From: the human T2T-CHM13v2.0 reference genome, Homo sapiens
Length of the DNA: 64,000 nt
Assembly (NCBI RefSeq): GCF_009914755.1
Contig: NC_060943.1
Reading direction: 5' to 3' (one strand)
In this document: positions 63,090 to 64,000 of the stretch, in pieces
How the letters are laid out: each line of letters opens with the position of its first letter
Position numbering within the stretch: the stretch's first letter is position 1
The notes under the pieces: generated by a model
What the model saw: the letters and a program-made list of their open reading frames with translations, nothing else
Database searches by the model: none
What the model was told of the DNA's origin: nothing
Program-made: the position numbers and the translations under genes

Positions 63090-64000
63090 TTATATATAAT
63101 GTGCCATTTTAACCACTTTAAAATGTGCAATCAAATAAAATTAACCACACACACAGCGTTACATTACCATCACCACTATTTTTCCTAGAAAATTTTTATC
63201 ATTTTAAGCTAAAGATCTGTATCTTTTAAACAATAACTCCCTATTTTTTCCACCCTAGACCTTGATAATCTCTAGTCTACTCTCTGTCTTTATGAATTTG
63301 CCTATTTTTGATGTTTCATATAAATGGAATCATACATATATGTCATTTTGCTTCTCGCATTTTTCACTTACCATAATGTTTTCAAGGTCTATGAATGTTC
63401 CAGTGTGTGTCAGAGTTTTGTTCCTCTTTATGGCAGATTAACATTCTGTTGTATGTGTCACCACATTTGTTTATCCATGTGTTGATGAACACTTAGATTG
63501 TTTTCATATTTTATCTTTTGTGAATAATGCTACAATCAACATTCCCATGTGAGTACCTCTTTGAGTCCCTGGATTCAATTCTTTGGGTATATACCTAGGA
63601 ATGGATGCTGTTTTGTATGAGAATTCTATGATTAGCTTCTTAAGGGACAGCACAACTGTTTCTCCTAGTGGCTGTACCTTTTTATAATCTCACCAGCAAT
63701 GTATGAGGATTCTAAATTCTACATAAGGCTTTCACTTGTTATTTAACATTTTAAAAGAATGGTAGCCATATTTGTAGGTGTAATGTGGTATCTCATTGTG
63801 GCTTTGACTTTGTATTTTCCTAATGACTAATGATGTTGAGTTTCTTTTCATGTCCCTCTTGATGATATGCATATCTTCTTTGAAGAAATGTCTATTTGAG
63901 TCCTTTTCCCATTTATATAAATTGGGTGGTTTGTATTTTTGTTATTGATTTGTAGCAGTTCTTTATATATTCTGGGCATGAAACCATTGTCTATGTGATT
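63090..64000 (-). mobile_element. L1M 3' region
   Basis: Typical L1MA/MB 3'UTR and ORF2 end (tgtggtatctcattgtgg). Confidence 0.8.

Overview
Primate (almost certainly human 19q13.2 CEACAM/PSG cluster) genomic DNA with no intact protein-coding gene. It holds two disabled CEACAM genes arranged head-to-head. The minus-strand copy has leader, N and partial A exons at 1-6450; the plus-strand copy has leader, N, A, partial B and a GPI-type M exon at 27617-42083. They are the arms of an old, diverged inverted duplication whose homology runs far upstream (to ~14370 and ~19380). The rest is an Alu-interrupted RPS10 processed pseudogene, two SVAs, many Alus and L1s, ERV1/ERVK LTRs and two decayed ERV internal regions. 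The most notable structures are: (i) an apparently 100% identical 418-bp inverted repeat (44284-44701 / 45650-46067) inside an old ERV; (ii) a 5'-truncated SVA carrying a ~950-bp 3' transduction, defined by a 16-bp TSD; (iii) a TSD-flanked, polyadenylated 'orphan' retrocopy made only of old repeat fragments (46321-46991); (iv) a paralogous LTR8B-like intronic element in both pseudogenes that differs at a GATA motif. Repeat subfamily names are from recognition by eye. Ends of old repeats are approximate. I found no evidence for a new coding system.
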